DNA from: Mobula hypostoma
Lineage: Eukaryota
Direction: 5' to 3'
NCBI RefSeq assembly: GCF_963921235.1
Contig: NC_086108.1
Coordinates: forward strand, 30,940,001-31,004,000
DNA: 64,000 bases
Shown here: one piece after another, positions 11,620 through 24,783 of the stretch
Layout of the letters: every line of letters starts with the position of its first letter
Position numbering within the stretch: position 1 is the first letter of the stretch
The notes under the pieces: generated by a model
The model's database searches: none
Told to the model about the DNA's origin: nothing
Seen by the model: only the letters and a program-made list of their open reading frames with translations
Program-made: the position numbers and the translations under genes

Positions 11620-11795
11620 GATTTGAGTACCTCAGAAACTACTGATCTCCTGGGATATTTACGCACAACAGGCTCTGGAGTTTACAAAGAATGGTGCCAA
11701 AAACAAAAAAACATCCAGTGAGTGGATTTAACAAGATGTTTTTGCTCACAGAACAGCCACTCGCTGGATTTTTTTTTGTTTTTTGGCACCATTCT
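11620..11795. mobile_element. Tc1-derived MITE remnant with internal inverted repeat
   Basis: Arms agaatggtgccaaaaacaaaaaaacatccagtgagtgg (11688-11725) and ccactcgctggatttttttttgttttttggcaccattct (11757-11795); upstream sequence resembles a Tc1 HTH (SETTDLLG). Confidence 0.65.
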
Positions 11796-12329
11796 AGCTA
11801 CTGTACCACTGCTAGCACTGTACCACTGCTTCTATTTCTCAACAGATAATTGAACTGAAATATTCTAAAAGGCGGCAATTAGGAAGCAAAAATTGCTTCT
11901 AATTTTATCTCCAATTTTCAACTCTTGAATTATTTTAGAGAGCAAAATCAAAATTGATCATGTGCATGAAGTCATAGAGTCATAGAAAAGTACAACACAG
12001 AAACAGGCCTTAAGGCCTATCTAGTTTGTGCTGAAATATTTAAACTGCCCACTCTCATTTAAAACATGGTAAGATTAATGTTTTGTTATTTTAAAAACCT
12101 TGGTATTTTCAAATAAGGAGACTAAAGTTCACACATTTATAATATATTTGCAGTGCAGGGAGATTGTTTTGCAATAATTGTGACTTTTATGTTCTTAGTC
12201 AACATATTAATCAATAAAGTATGAATTTTCAATGGTTTATGGTGATAATAGTACTTGGGTATTTTTTAACCTATTTAGTTACCTCAAAAGAATTGCAATG
12301 GTGATGACCTTAACAGATATCCTTTGAAT

Positions 12330-12740
12330 CAGGGGCTCACAGGCATACCTACAATGAATAAGTTGTCTTATGATAAGTGGTTGGATAAGCTAAGCTTGTA
12401 TGAACTGGAGTTTAGAAGAGTGGGAGGTTACTCGACTGAAAAATGTAAGAACATAAGGAAGCGCTGATAGGGTGCAAGTGAAGTGAATGTTGCACAATGC
12501 AGAACCTGGTGTCACTGATTTAAAATAAGGGGCCAATCTTTTATGAAAAAAATACTATTTTTTTCTCTCTCTCAGAGGGTGGTGAGACTTTAGAACTCTC
12601 TTTCTCAAAAGAAGGTCAAACCAGATCCTTTGATTATTTTGGGGGCAGAGGTAGATAAGTTTGTGTCTCACCAAAGGGATAAAAGATTACCATGAGTTAG
12701 TAGGCTAAGCAGACTGCACCTTCTTCTATTTCATATTTCT
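12330..12740 (+). mobile_element. Old CR1 3' end
   Basis: ctggagtttagaagagtgggagg and ctcagagggtggtgagactttagaactctc blocks match CR1 ORF2 end. Confidence 0.7.
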
Positions 12741-13639
12741 GCACATTCAAATCACCTCAGCTTCTGCGTTTTGACTTTTAACAGCACTAAAGATGTGGCA
12801 ACAGAATTTCTGTTTTGTTTCACAGTCTAACAATTCTGACAGTTTTGCTGTTAGTATAACCAGAAAATCCAGACTAAAATTTGCTTTCATTTTGACTCAC
12901 TTTGTAATAGGAATGCCATTATAGACAGGTTGTGATGACAATCATCTTTCTTTTCACATCATTTCTGATGACAAAGATGTTAAGTGGAACCACAGCAGCA
13001 ACTGCTGACTATGTGCTGCTGAAAAAGAGTTAGTTTTAAAATCCATGCTTCTGTTGGTTTAAAAATGAATAATTGTTCAGATCGTTTGACAGACTTCACG
13101 AGAGACCCTCAGCACTGGGTCGCATTTCCTCAACTATTCAGGATGATGGTGGAATTATCATCCACAAATCTGCAGTGGTCCATAAACTGCCCTCTTCCCA
13201 ACAAAGGCAACAAAGTTTTAAATTAACTTTTGGACTTGCAAAGGAAGACTACAATACACTCACAAATGAAACAATAGCAAGTGTTATAAACTAAATGGTT
13301 AATAGATGGTGAATATGAAGCAACAAATAATGTATTGAAAGCAGTTTACTCAAGGTAAGAACTTAAAAGAATTCCAGAAAAATTGAGATTGCATTTAAGC
13401 ATTACCCACCCTGAAGGCGATTAAACGTTAGCAAGTGGTTATAGCATGGTGATGCTTTCAATCACATCTCTTCTCAGCAAAAAAAACTAACACACCCTCT
13501 GCAATTATCTGGAGACTGGTGTTCAAAATCAAGTTCTTTGACAGATTTTAATCATCACACTGCTTCTGTATAGGGATCAGGGCTGGAGGTGGGGTGCTGA
13601 AAAGAAGATGGTGGCTGACATTTTTTTGGCAGGTAAGCT

Positions 13640-13985
13640 CGAGGAGTCAGAAGAATTTGCTCAAGATATGTTACCAGGCCAGGAGAAGAATTTCCCACAG
13701 TGGGGTGGTTGTGAGGAGCAATTAAGTTGGCTGGGTCTAGAGTATAGCAGAATGAATGTTAACCTCTTCTCAGTTTGACTGGGCAGACACAGGAATGTTT
13801 CCTGGCTGCAGTGCCTAGACCTAATTCTCAAAAAAAATCTGACAATCAGGTCCGAGATAAGAAGAAACTTCTTCACACAGAAGGTGGTTAATCTTTGGTA
13901 TTCACTCAAGAGGGCTGTGGCAGTTACTGGGTGTATTTGGATGAAAGATCTTTCAACATTGTAAAAAGCAAGGAATATAAAGTAA
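13640..13985 (+). mobile_element. Old CR1 3' fragment
   Basis: aggtccgagataagaagaaacttcttcacacagaaggtggttaatctttgg (RNFFTQ.VVNLW). Confidence 0.6.
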
Positions 13986-15830
13986 ATCAAGTCAAGTCAA
14001 ATTTATTTATAAAGCGCATTTAAAAACTACCCATGTTGACCGAAGTGCTGTACAAACCATAACAGGTAGCTGAAATCACAAATACAAGAAACACAGATAT
14101 AAACAACAAGGCACACAGCTTATAGGCACAAAATAAACAACACATGAACCTAGGCACAAGCCAAAAATCAGCCACATCAGGAAGATTCAAACACTAGTGA
14201 ATAAAGGTAAGTTTTGAGCCTGGACTTAAAAGAGTCAATGGAGGGGTCAGATCTGATAGGGAGGGGAATGCTGTTCCACAGTCTAGGGGCTACAACAGCA
14301 AAGGCGCGGTCACCCCTGAACTTAAATTTAGATCGCGGGACGGCCAGGAGCCCCAAGTCAGCCGACCTGAGGGACCTGGAAGTAGGATAAGGGGTTAGAA
14401 GGTCTGCGATATAGGAGGGGGCCAGCCCATTTAGGGCTTTATAAACAAACAGGAGAACCTTAAAATCAATTCTAAACCCTACTGGTAGCCAGTGGAGAGA
14501 GGCCAGGATAGAAGTCATATGGTCCCTCTTTCGGGCACCTGTCAGGAGCCTGGCTGCAGCGTTCTGGACCAGTTGCAGGCGGGACAGGGACGACTGACTA
14601 ATCCCAGTATAGAGGGAGTTGGAGTAGTCCAAGCGGGAGGATATAAGGGCATGGATGACTTTCTTGAGATCTTTGAAAGAGGGAAATGACTTGATTTTGG
14701 CAATAGTACGAAGCTGGAAAAAACTGGCTTTTACTACTGCATTAACTTGCTTGTAAAACTTAAAGGCGTAATCAAATATCACACCAAGGTTTTCAACATG
14801 AGGTTTGATAAGGGTGGACAGGTTACCGAGACTATTGGTAATCACTTTGATGGAGTCAGGGGGGTCAAATAGGACAACTTCAGACTTGCCTTCATTCAGC
14901 TGTAGGGAGTTTTGTGCCATCCAACATTTTATGTCCTCAAGACAGTTCATGAGGCTGACAAGATTTGACTGGTTCTTTGGTTTCAAGAGGAGGTAAAGCT
15001 GTGTGTCATCAGCACAACAATGGAAGGAAATGTTGTGCTTTTGAATGATTTGACTGAGGGGAATCTTATATATAGAGAAAAGAATGAGACCTAGGATGGA
15101 ACCTTGTGGGACCCCGCAGGAGAAACTAGCTGTAGAAGAGGAAAATTTGCCTATGTTGACAGAGAATCTTCTATTTTTGAGGTAGGATGTGAACCAGTTC
15201 AAGGCAGTGCCATCAACACCAACCCTGTACTTGAGATGGTCTATTAAGATGGCATGATCTATAGTATCGAATGCTGCGCTGAGGTCAAGTAGAATTTGAA
15301 TGGCAGGGTCACCTGAGTCGGTAGAGAGGAGGAGATCATTATACACTTTCAGCAGGGAAGACTCTGTGCTATGATAAGCCTTAAAACCTGACTGAAATCT
15401 ATCCAAGATGTTGTTTTGGTGTAGGTAGGGCAGCAATTGACTAAGAATAACCTTTTCAAGAACCTTTGACAGGAATGGAAGTTTAGAAATAGGTCTGCAA
15501 TTACTAGGTAAGGTAGGGTCTAAGTTGTTTTATTTTCAGGAGAGACTGGACCACGGCGCGCTTGAAGCAGGTTGGAATGGTACCAGTGGGTAGGAAGCTG
15601 TTGATAGCAGAGAGGATGCTGGGACCAGCTATGTCAAAGACATCCTTCAGGAGGGCAGTGGGGACAATGTCAAGGGGGCAGGTTGCAGGTATCATGGTGG
15701 AAACAATCTTTGTAAGGGAGGGTAGCGTGATGGGTGGGAAACAGTCCAGTTTGGATGAACAGACCAGTGAGACAGTTAGGTCACAGGTAGGGGGGGAATG
15801 TTCACTCTAATATCTTCAACTTTGTTATAT
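13986..15830 (-). mobile_element. L2-clade LINE, 5'-truncated, with a 419-codon open RT segment
   Basis: ORF 14177-15436 has FQSGFK.YHSTES, LLDLSAAFDTIDH, GVPQGSILG, HCCADDTQLY, SRLDYSNSL, LQLVQNAAARLL, LHWLPV; upstream CPLDIVPT; (TTGAC)n tail. Confidence 0.95.
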
Positions 15831-16363
15831 GTTTTGTGGGTGCACCATGTTTCAGAGGAATGCTGTTTCATTTTGCTGTATGTGTATAGTCAGATAACAA
15901 TAAACTTGAAACAATTTAAAAGCTCTCTCCAGAAACCCTCACCTCACTGAAATCCCCCAACAAGATTGATCATAAAAGTATGCAGTGGGATACAGAGATG
16001 AATATGGTCAAGAAAGTTTATATCTGTATGATTTTAGTTCACCATTCTTAAGGATTCCACAATTCCCCTACTTTGCTAAAATATTCACATCTCAGTTGGA
16101 TATGCATTCTGAACCTTTTAGGGTAGGGGGCCTCTTGATATCAGTTCCAAAATTATGTTCTGCAACCTTGCAAATATCATTCTTCTTGCTCTGAAACTGA
16201 AAATATTTGACAAGAAATGCTCCATTTGGGAAAAGAAAATACCCCAGTGAAATTCTTTTTCTGAGAGAACTTCCTTTACTATGACCTTTCTCATAGCCTG
16301 GACTTTAGAACTCTTAGATCACATGGAATATCGTAGTCTTTAAAAAAACACTATATAACTGGA

Positions 16364-16532
16364 AACAACAGGAATTCTGCAGATGCCGGAAATTCAAGCA
16401 ACATAAATCAAAGTTGCTGGTGAACGCAGCAGGCCAAGCAGTAGGAAGAGGTGCAGTCGACGCTTCAGGCCGAGACCCTTCGTCAGGACCCACGAAGGGT
16501 CTCGGCCTGAAGCGTCGACTGCACCTCTTCCT
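16364..16532. mobile_element. Penelope terminal-repeat mini-insertion with perfect 44-bp fold-back and 14-bp TSD
   Basis: TSD ACTATATAACTGGA at 16350-16363 and 16533-16546; arms 16440-16483 and 16492-16535; 8-nt loop. Confidence 0.92.
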
Positions 16533-16609
16533 ACTATATAACTGGATTATTGTGAAGAATGGTTTAAGTTGCATGATTTTCCTATAAGGTTCTTTAAGGT
16601 TTTTATAGA

Positions 16610-17080
16610 TTGAGGAGGTAGTGAGGATAAACACCCACTACCTATTAAATGCTCCCATTGCTATGTCTCAAATAGCATCTGACAACCAAGTCCATCTCCT
16701 GGCCTTCACGTGTGGCTTAGCTACTAAGCCGGGCAGAACCATTTCTATTACAAGAATAGAGACAAAGGCAAGTTACTGGTGCCTTAAAACCAGTTGCTTC
16801 AGGTAGATGGGTCTCGTCAACTGTGGATGACAACTCATCTAGGGGAAGGAAAACTCTGATCTCAGACCTCACTGCCTTGCACCTATACCCACTCATGTGG
16901 AAGGCTTTGGGAGTAAACCCCAGAAAAACCTAGAGGGGCAGTTCTGAAAGCAGTTCTATGCTGTGTTCAACGCTATGTGATAAAAACTTGCCCTCCATAT
17001 TGTACTGCCCTGGCTTGCATATCATGCAGACAGCTGGGAGGTAACATCCATGGCCATCCCAAACCAACGGAGGGCCTCAT
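16610..17080 (+). mobile_element. Probable RTE-related non-autonomous element (RTE 5'-UTR-like)
   Basis: caactcatctaggggaaggaaaactctgatctcagacc resembles the motif common in RTE/Expander 5' UTRs; recognised from memory only. Confidence 0.5.
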
Positions 17081-17602
17081 TTTCCTCTACTGTTCATCAT
17101 TCCATGAGGAACTGGTCTGGTTGCTTAGATACGTTGTGTCCACAGAAAGTGCTGTAGCACTGAGCAAGTTTTATCTTGTATTTGGTAGCTGAGATACTCA
17201 TTCCATGGTGTATCAGTGGCACCATTGATGACAGAGTTCCATTAAGACAAGTTTGGAATGCACAGGACAGACTATTCAGTTCATGTTGGAGACATTGGGG
17301 CAGGAGGCGAAGAAGCACTCATTGTTAAAGAATCCACCTATGCAAAGTCCTCACAGATGACATGTACCTCCTCTCTCTCTGATAAACAACATATTTTCAG
17401 ATTCATGTTTTCTAACGTTGTCAGCATAGTAATGTAAGGCATTCTGCAGGAACCAATGTTCTCACTGTAGGCGCACTCTTCCAGCTCAAAGGGCCTGTAC
17501 TCTAGTGAATTGAAGCAATGTTTCTCATGCCTGGAATCTTCTCTCTGTGGAGATCAAGGTCATATTCCCTCTGAACCTCCTCGCTATGGTATCTCTCTAA
17601 GA

Positions 17603-18801
17603 CAGGGGTCTCCAACCTTTTTTGCACTGCGGACCAGTTTCATATTGACAATATTCTTGCGGACCGGCCGACCCGGGGGGGGGGGCGGGTAGGGTTGCCA
17701 ACGGACAAAAGCAGCAGTCAAATATGTTGTTTACCAGAGACTACAATGACCATGAAGCCTTGTGCGGGCACAAGTGCGCATGCGTGATTTGCGCATGCAT
17801 GTACGTACCGATTTATTCTATAAATCGTTTTTGGCGATTCTGTTCGGAGGAGGGCGGGGGTTGGTGTTAATCACGACCGGAATATCGGTGATAAGTGGCT
17901 AATATACTCAATTTTGTTTCTAAAAGGGTTTATCTAACGAATTTAATATTAAACACACAGCGTATATTTTCCTCGCGTGAATATAGCGAGAAGTCAATTA
18001 TCAGGGGAGCTTGAAGTATGTGTTGAACAAACTTCCAGTAGAAGTGGTAGAGGCAGGTTCGACATTATCATTTAAAGAAAAATTGGATAGGTATATGGAC
18101 AGGAAAGGAATGGAGTGTTATGGGCTGAGTGCAGGTCGGTGGGACTAGGTGAGAGTAGTGTTCGGCACGGACTAGAAGGGCATAGATGGCCTGTTTCTAT
18201 GCTGTAATTGTTATATGGTTATATAAGTCACTTATAAGTCAATAGCATCATAACATTTTAAGTAATGTTTGGATATTAAACACACAGCACATATATTCCC
18301 CATATGAACATATAAAATCATTGCAACACACCAATATCGCTGAATCAGTGGGAGCCCTGGGCTTGTTTCCCTGCAACAAGACGGTCCTATTGAAGGGTGA
18401 CGGGAGACAGCGATACTCGAAGGAGGTTCCTTATGTCCAGTCTATTCCGCAATTTGGTTTTCGTTGCATTCATTGCAGAGATATGTTAGAAATGGAAGCA
18501 ACGTTTTCAGTGCTTTCCCGGCTATCTCAGGATATTTAGCCCTGACTTTGATCCAGAATGCCGGCAGAGATGTTACGTCAAACATACTTCTCAGCCGGCC
18601 GTCATCTGCAAGCTCGAGGAGTTGATCTTCTTCCCGTGCTGACATGGATGACGCGCGGGTAATGACCTCGCATGCGTAATGACTCAACAGTGGGCGTGGC
18701 AGGGAATGAGGAAAGGTGCAGCTGACTCATATCGCCAAATCATATCGTTTCCTCGCGGCCCGGTAGCGCATGCCTTGCGGCCCGGTGGTTGGGGACCGCT
18801 G
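17603..18801 (-). mobile_element. Non-autonomous hAT-Charlie DNA transposon with both ends
   Basis: TIRs CAGGGGTCTCCAACC and GGTTGGGGACCGCTG; 8-bp TSD CTCTAAGA at 17595-17602 and 18802-18809; minus-strand transposase C-terminus SLPAFWIKVRAKYPEIA.KALKTLLPF...KTKLRNRLD...KQAQGSH*. Confidence 0.95.
18030..18224 (+). mobile_element. CR1 3' end embedded in the Charlie element
   Basis: Matches 52065-52255 and 26215-26352 (tatatggacaggaaaggaatggag...gatggcctgtttc...gttatatggttatat). Confidence 0.9.
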
Positions 18802-18954
18802 CTCTAAGAGGCCCGAACAGATCTCTGGTTCCTGCTGCCTTAAAGACGTCACCCTGGCACTGTGCCTGTGATTTCATCTGCCCTCATTTCAGTGAGAAGA
18901 ATCAGATTTAGAATTAGTTACTATCTGTGACATGCATTGTGGGATATTAAACAA

Positions 18955-19935
18955 GAGCAAGTTTGACAGATGCTAGAAATCTGAAGCAGTACACGCAAGA
19001 TGCTGGAGAAAGCCAGCAGCTCAGGCAGCGTCTATGGAAATGAACAAACAGTGGATGTTCCAGTCCGAGACCTTCTTCAGGACTGGGACGATGCCGGAAT
19101 AAAAACAGTGGGGTTGGTGGGGGGTAGGAAGGATAGCTAGAATGTGATAGGTGAAACCAAGTGGGTGGGAAAGGTAAAGAGCTGAGAGGAAGGAATCTAA
19201 TAGGAGAGGAGAGTAGACCATAGGAGAAAGGGAAAGAGGATGAAACTCAGGGGCAAGTGACAGGCAGGTGAGAAGAGGTAAAAGGCCAGAGTGGGGAATT
19301 AGATGAAGAGGGGAGAGGGAGGGAATTTTTTTTACCGGATGAAGAAATTAATATTAATACCATCAGGTTGGATGCTACTCAGATGGAAAATAGAGTGTTG
19401 CTTCTCTACCCTGAGGGTGGTTTCATCTTGGCACAAGAGGAGGTCATGGACTGACATGTCAGACTGCGAACAGTAATTGGAATTGGAAATGTTTGGCCAC
19501 AGGGAAGTTCCGCTTGTGGTGGATGGAGTGGGTGTGCTCGATGATGCGAACCCCTGATTTATAAAAGGGCTCACCAATGTAGAGAAGGCCACATCAGGAG
19601 CACCAGACACAATAGACGACCCCAGCAGGTTCACAGGTGAAGTGTGGCCACACTTGAAAGTACTGATAAGGCCCTGTATGGAGATGAGGGAGGAGGTGAA
19701 TGGACAGGTGTAACACTTGGCCTACTTGTGCCGGAAAGGAGATTAGTGGAGAGGGATGAATGGACAAGGACATCACGGAGGGAGAAATCTCTGTGGCAAA
19801 TGGAGGGGCGGAGGGGAGGTAAGGACACCTTTAGTGGTGGGATCTCTTTGGAGATGGCAGAAGTTGCAGAGGATGATGTGTTGGATGCAAAGGCTCATGG
19901 GGTGATAGGTAAGGACAAAAGAAACACTGTCACTG
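18955..19935 (-). mobile_element. Older Penelope-like element (GIY-YIG end plus terminal repeat)
   Basis: Fragments HFTCEPAGVVYCVWCS, LLCQDETTLRVEKQH.IFHL and VLTYHP, homologous to ORF 38997-39890. Confidence 0.88.
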
Positions 19936-20484
19936 TTAAGAAATATGTTGCTTAGTGGCAGCAGTACAGTGCAAAGCATAAAAATTGCTGCAAGTTACAA
20001 GAATAAATAAATCAATAAATACATATTTTGAAACAGGGATAGCAAGGTAGTGTTCATTAGTTCATGGACATGGACATGGACAGGAGGTGTCTTGGGCACA
20101 GGGACTCCCAGAAGTGCAGTAGATATTAACTGTCTTCAGCCACTCACTCTGGTAATCTAAAACTTCTTATTTGCAGAAAAGAACAACAGTGAGATTAATC
20201 AGTGTAAATGAGTGGTTGATTGTTGGTGAGGACTCAGTGAGCTGAAGGACCTATTCCATGCTATATGATTCTGAATCTACTGGTCACTGTTTCACAAGTA
20301 ACATTTCCTGATAGTGAAAGTCATGTTGCCAGAATTCCTTCAGCCAGAGAATATCCACGTAGCTGGACCTTTCCAGTGACTGACTCCACTGGGATCCTGG
20401 AGAACAGGGACTCTCCTCTACTACCCCAACCACAATGGTATAGCCAACACAGCCACTGCCTGGCAGTGCCAGTCACCATGGTCA

Positions 20485-21950
20485 GGATCGGAATTTGGTT
20501 TATTATCACTGTCTAATATTGTACGACATGAAATTTGTTGTTTTGCAGTAGCAATACAATGCAAAGATATAAAAATCTACTATACTGTATATTACAATGT
20601 AATGAATAGTGCGAAGTATGGCATAATGATGAAGTATTTATGGGTTCATGGACCATTCAGAAATCTGATAATGGAGGGGAAGAAGTTATTTGTGCCTGGG
20701 TCTTCAGGCTTATGTAACTCCTCCCTGATAGTAGTAATGAGTAGAGGGCATGTTGGATGGTAAGGGTTCTTACTAACTGAGGCTGCTTGTTGGGGCACTG
20801 CTCCTGGAAGATTCCCTCGATGGGGTGGAGGAAGAGAGTTGTTCACATGACGGAATTGGCTATATCTACAACCTCTGCAGCCTCTTGCTATCCTCCATAC
20901 CGGTCTGTGATGTAACCAGTCAGAATGCTCTCCAACATAAATCAGTAGAAATTTTCAGGAGTCTTCGGTGACATACCAAATCTCTTCAAACTCCTTATGT
21001 GCTTTCTTTATCATTGCATCAATGTGTTAGGCCCAGGATAGATTCACAAGATGTTGATGCCCAGCAACTTGAAGCTGCTCATCCTTTCTACTGCAGGCCC
21101 CACAATGAGGATATGTGTATATTCTCCTGTTTTCCCCTTCCTGAAGTCCACAATGAATTCCTTGGTCTTGCTATCATTGAGTGAAAGGTTATCGATGCAG
21201 CGCCAGTCAACCAGCCAATCTATCTCACTTCCACGTTCCTCCTTGGTGCCAACAACAGTGATGTCGTAATGGGAATGTGTAAATGGCATTTAGGCTCTGT
21301 CAGCCACACATTATGAGTGTAGAAAGAGTAGAGCAGGGGGTTTAGCATGTATCCTTAATGTGCACCTGTGTTAATTGTCAGCGAAGAGGGGATGTTATCA
21401 CCAATCTACACTAACAGTGGTCTCCCAATGAATACGTTGAGGATCCATTAGCAAAGGGAATAACAGGGATCCAGGTTTAGAAGTTTGGTGATTAATACTG
21501 AGGGGATGATGGTATTGAATTCTAAGCTATAAAAGATAAACAGCAGCCTGACGTATGTTTTGCTGTTGTCTAGGTGCTCCAAAGCTGAGTGGAAAGCCAG
21601 TCACGTTACATCCACTGTAGACTAATTGGGGCAGTAGACAAATTGCAGAAGGCTCCTGTCCTTGCCTGGTAGGAATGACTTCTAACCATAACCAACCTTT
21701 CAAAGTGCTTCATTATGATAGAGGTGAGTGCTACAGTAATCACTGAGGCAGCTCCCTCTGCTCTACTTGGGCACGAGTACCATTGCTGTCCTTTTGAAAC
21801 AGGTGGGAACCTTCCACTGCAACAGTGAGAGCTTGGAGATGTCCTTGAACGTTCCAACCAGTTGGTCCACACAGGTTTTCAGTACACCATCAGGGGCTGA
21901 CACCTTGTGAGGGTTCACCCTTTTGTACGCTGCTCTGACATTGGCCTCCC
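20485..21950 (-). mobile_element. Old Rex1/Babar-like LINE
   Basis: Minus-strand pieces VALTSIIMKHFERLV, LSLNDSKTKEFIVDFRK, SFKLLGINI, NNFFPSIIRFLN. Confidence 0.85.
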
Positions 21951-22939
21951 AACCCGATACGTTAAAGATTCACACAGGTAAAGTGTTATTCTCCCTTTCA
22001 GAGTGTGCATAAAAACCAGTGAGCTCAAGGAGAAAAGTTTCATTGCCCTTTATGGTGTTAGACTTAATCTGACGTGAAAATGACAGACAAAACCCACGGG
22101 GAGTTGATAAGAATAGGAGTAGAATAGGCATTAATACTGGCTTAACATCAGTTATTGATGATCATCATGGACTTGGTGGGATGAAGGGCTTCTTTCCATG
22201 ATGTATCTCCTCACAACACTATAGCTCAATGCTTTTACAAGAGTCATGCGAGCATAGAGGGAGTATTGGAAAACACCCACTCATTGGCTGCGTGAGTTAA
22301 GATACTGAGTACTAGGCACCAACCTGATACGCAGATTTCATTGCCATGCGTCTCACGGTGCACGAGAGGACAGTAACCAGTACAGAGAGAAGAGCAGAAA
22401 GGAAAAGCAGAGCCCAAGGGGCTATGAGATGGGAACTGGGGAACTGCAACAGCAAGATGAGAGAGGAGGAAGCCAAATGCCAATACAGGGAGATACGCTG
22501 ATTGGCATGAACAGCCTCACGTATTAGCTTCGTGCAGGCAAGCACTGACTGCATGGGATATACTGTATGGGACTCTCCAATACAATCTGCAAATTAAAAT
22601 TCCCCGGCGCAAACCGGTGTAGAATCCTTAACACCAACACAGTGTACCAGTCATCGATAGGAGTGCCAAGATAACACGTAAAATCCCCTTATGTCCTTTT
22701 ATGGAGATCCACCAACACAAAGCGTAAAACAAGATGTTATGAATCACTGGAATGCCTTGTAGAGCATTTTGTATTCCTTCAATACTTTTAAATGCTAGAT
22801 ATCTGGATGAAATTCAGTCTTTGCCAAGATTTCCAAGCGATGTGCATGCTACCAAGCGATAGGTCATGAATTTCCCTTCCCACATTGGTTCACTGTGCAA
22901 GAAAATTCTCTCCTATAAGAAGTGACTTTAATCTCCTTT

Positions 22940-23150
22940 CAAAGAACATGTGCAGGGCAAGTTTTTTTAAACAGAGAGTGACACATGCTGGGAATGAGCT
23001 GCAGAGGTGGTAGAGGAAGCAAATATCAAAGAAGTGTTTAAAAGGCTCTTACTGTAGATATGCAGAGGATGCAGATGTATGGACATTATGAAGCCAGAAG
23101 AGGTTAGTTTACTTAGGCCTTTAATTACCATCTTGTATTGTTCTATGACT
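22940..23150 (+). mobile_element. Old CR1 3' end
   Basis: ggcaagtttttttaaacagagagtg..ctgggaatgagctgcagaggtggtagagg. Confidence 0.6.
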
Positions 23151-24783
23151 GTGGTCACCACCTGCTATTTTCGCGAAAGGCCATGAGGTCTCCGGCCCTG
23201 ATGCACAGAACCTTCCTCCTGACTTCTTTCTTGTCAACCAGGATGCAAATGGCCCTTTGTGTAATTGTGTAGAAGTTCCCCTTCTCCCCCCAGAGTTAAA
23301 CCCCTCAGCAGCCAAAGAACAGTTGCTGCTGTTCTGCTGCCATTAGGAGCATGCTTTTAAGAAACAACCTTTTTTCAGGTTGCTGCCCAGTAAGGTATAA
23401 AATGTCAGAAGGTGCTGGGTGAAGTTTCATCAGAGTGGACAACCTTGCGTTAGCACTTCTTTTCTGGGTAGAAACCCACTTGGCACCGCATCAAACTGAA
23501 TATTGGCTAATGTTACACTTAGATCTAAGCATAACCACTTTTTTAGAGTATCAACGCTCTAATTCCCAGTGGATGGACCCCAGTTTCATTCCTCGGTAAT
23601 AATATTAGCCAACATCGCTAAAGTAGATTATTTGGTCATTATAATACCGAGTTCTGTGGATTCTTGCTGTCTGCTCATTGGTTTCCAAGTTATAATTATG
23701 GCCAAATTTCAAATGCACTTCATTGTAATGCATTCAAGGTATTTGAACCATTGTTATAAATGAGAAAACCATCTTAACATTTGTAACATAAAAGGTAGCT
23801 TTCAGCAGCATAAGGAACCCGTAATATTTTGCACATTGTTACTGTATCTAGACTTCTCACTGCTGTATAATGGGTTACAGTTAGTAATCAGATAAGCTAT
23901 CATTTGGTGAAAGGACTGGAATTCCCTCAGTTATTTACTTACTCATTACAGTACAGCAGGAAGCTGGTTGGCTCATCAAACCTGTGCTGTGTCCCAGCCG
24001 AGCAAATGCACAAGACCCCTTCCCTTCTGTGGCCCTGCAATGTACTCTCACTCAAATGCACATAAATTTCCCTTTTAATCTTTTGCTATCTACCTACATA
24101 AAGGAGGTAACTTGCAGAGGTTAATTAACATTTTGTGGCAGGAAACAGGAACATGCAGGTTAAAGCCACGTGAAAGGTGAAAGCAGGTGCTACCGTTCTA
24201 CTTAAACGTACTTCTAATGACCATAAAATCCTGTTATATATTAAGAACATAAAGTACCGCAGGTTTACACCATCAGCGAGTTGCTTGCTGGCAGAGATAA
24301 TGAAGGAGCTGTGCGAGGTGCTGCTGCCTCAGTCAATGGAGGCTTACAGTCAAATAACAAGCAGCCACCATTGGTGCAAGACCCCTTTGGACATTGTTAA
24401 TCTGGTTTGCTGCAAGTTGAATTCACTGATTTATTGGATGAGAGCAGGGGCAGATGGCGGGGGATCTCCCTGGCCTCAGTTGTAGCCAGGACTAGGCCTG
24501 AAGCCATGGTGTAGCTTGTTTGCAGCCACCGTAATGAGGAGATGAAGCCATTACCCTTCACCGGGGGCAGTGTGGTGCGGTTTACAGAACAGAGACGACA
24601 CTGCTCTCCCACGGTTTCGCTTGGCAGAGGACAGGCTGTGGTGTGGTCGACTGCAGATTGTTTTGGTGGCACTCAGTGGACTTAGGCCTCAAGCTTGCTT
24701 TCCAGCTGCCAGGGTAGAGGCATTCGAGTCATCGTGCTCCACTAGAGGCAGCACAGTTCAGTTGTGGTCAGCTGGAGATTTCA

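Noticed and set aside
24177..24485. ORFs in unique-looking DNA as host exons (also 13073-13294 and 26613-26840)
   Set aside because: No recognisable protein similarity and no convincing paired splice sites
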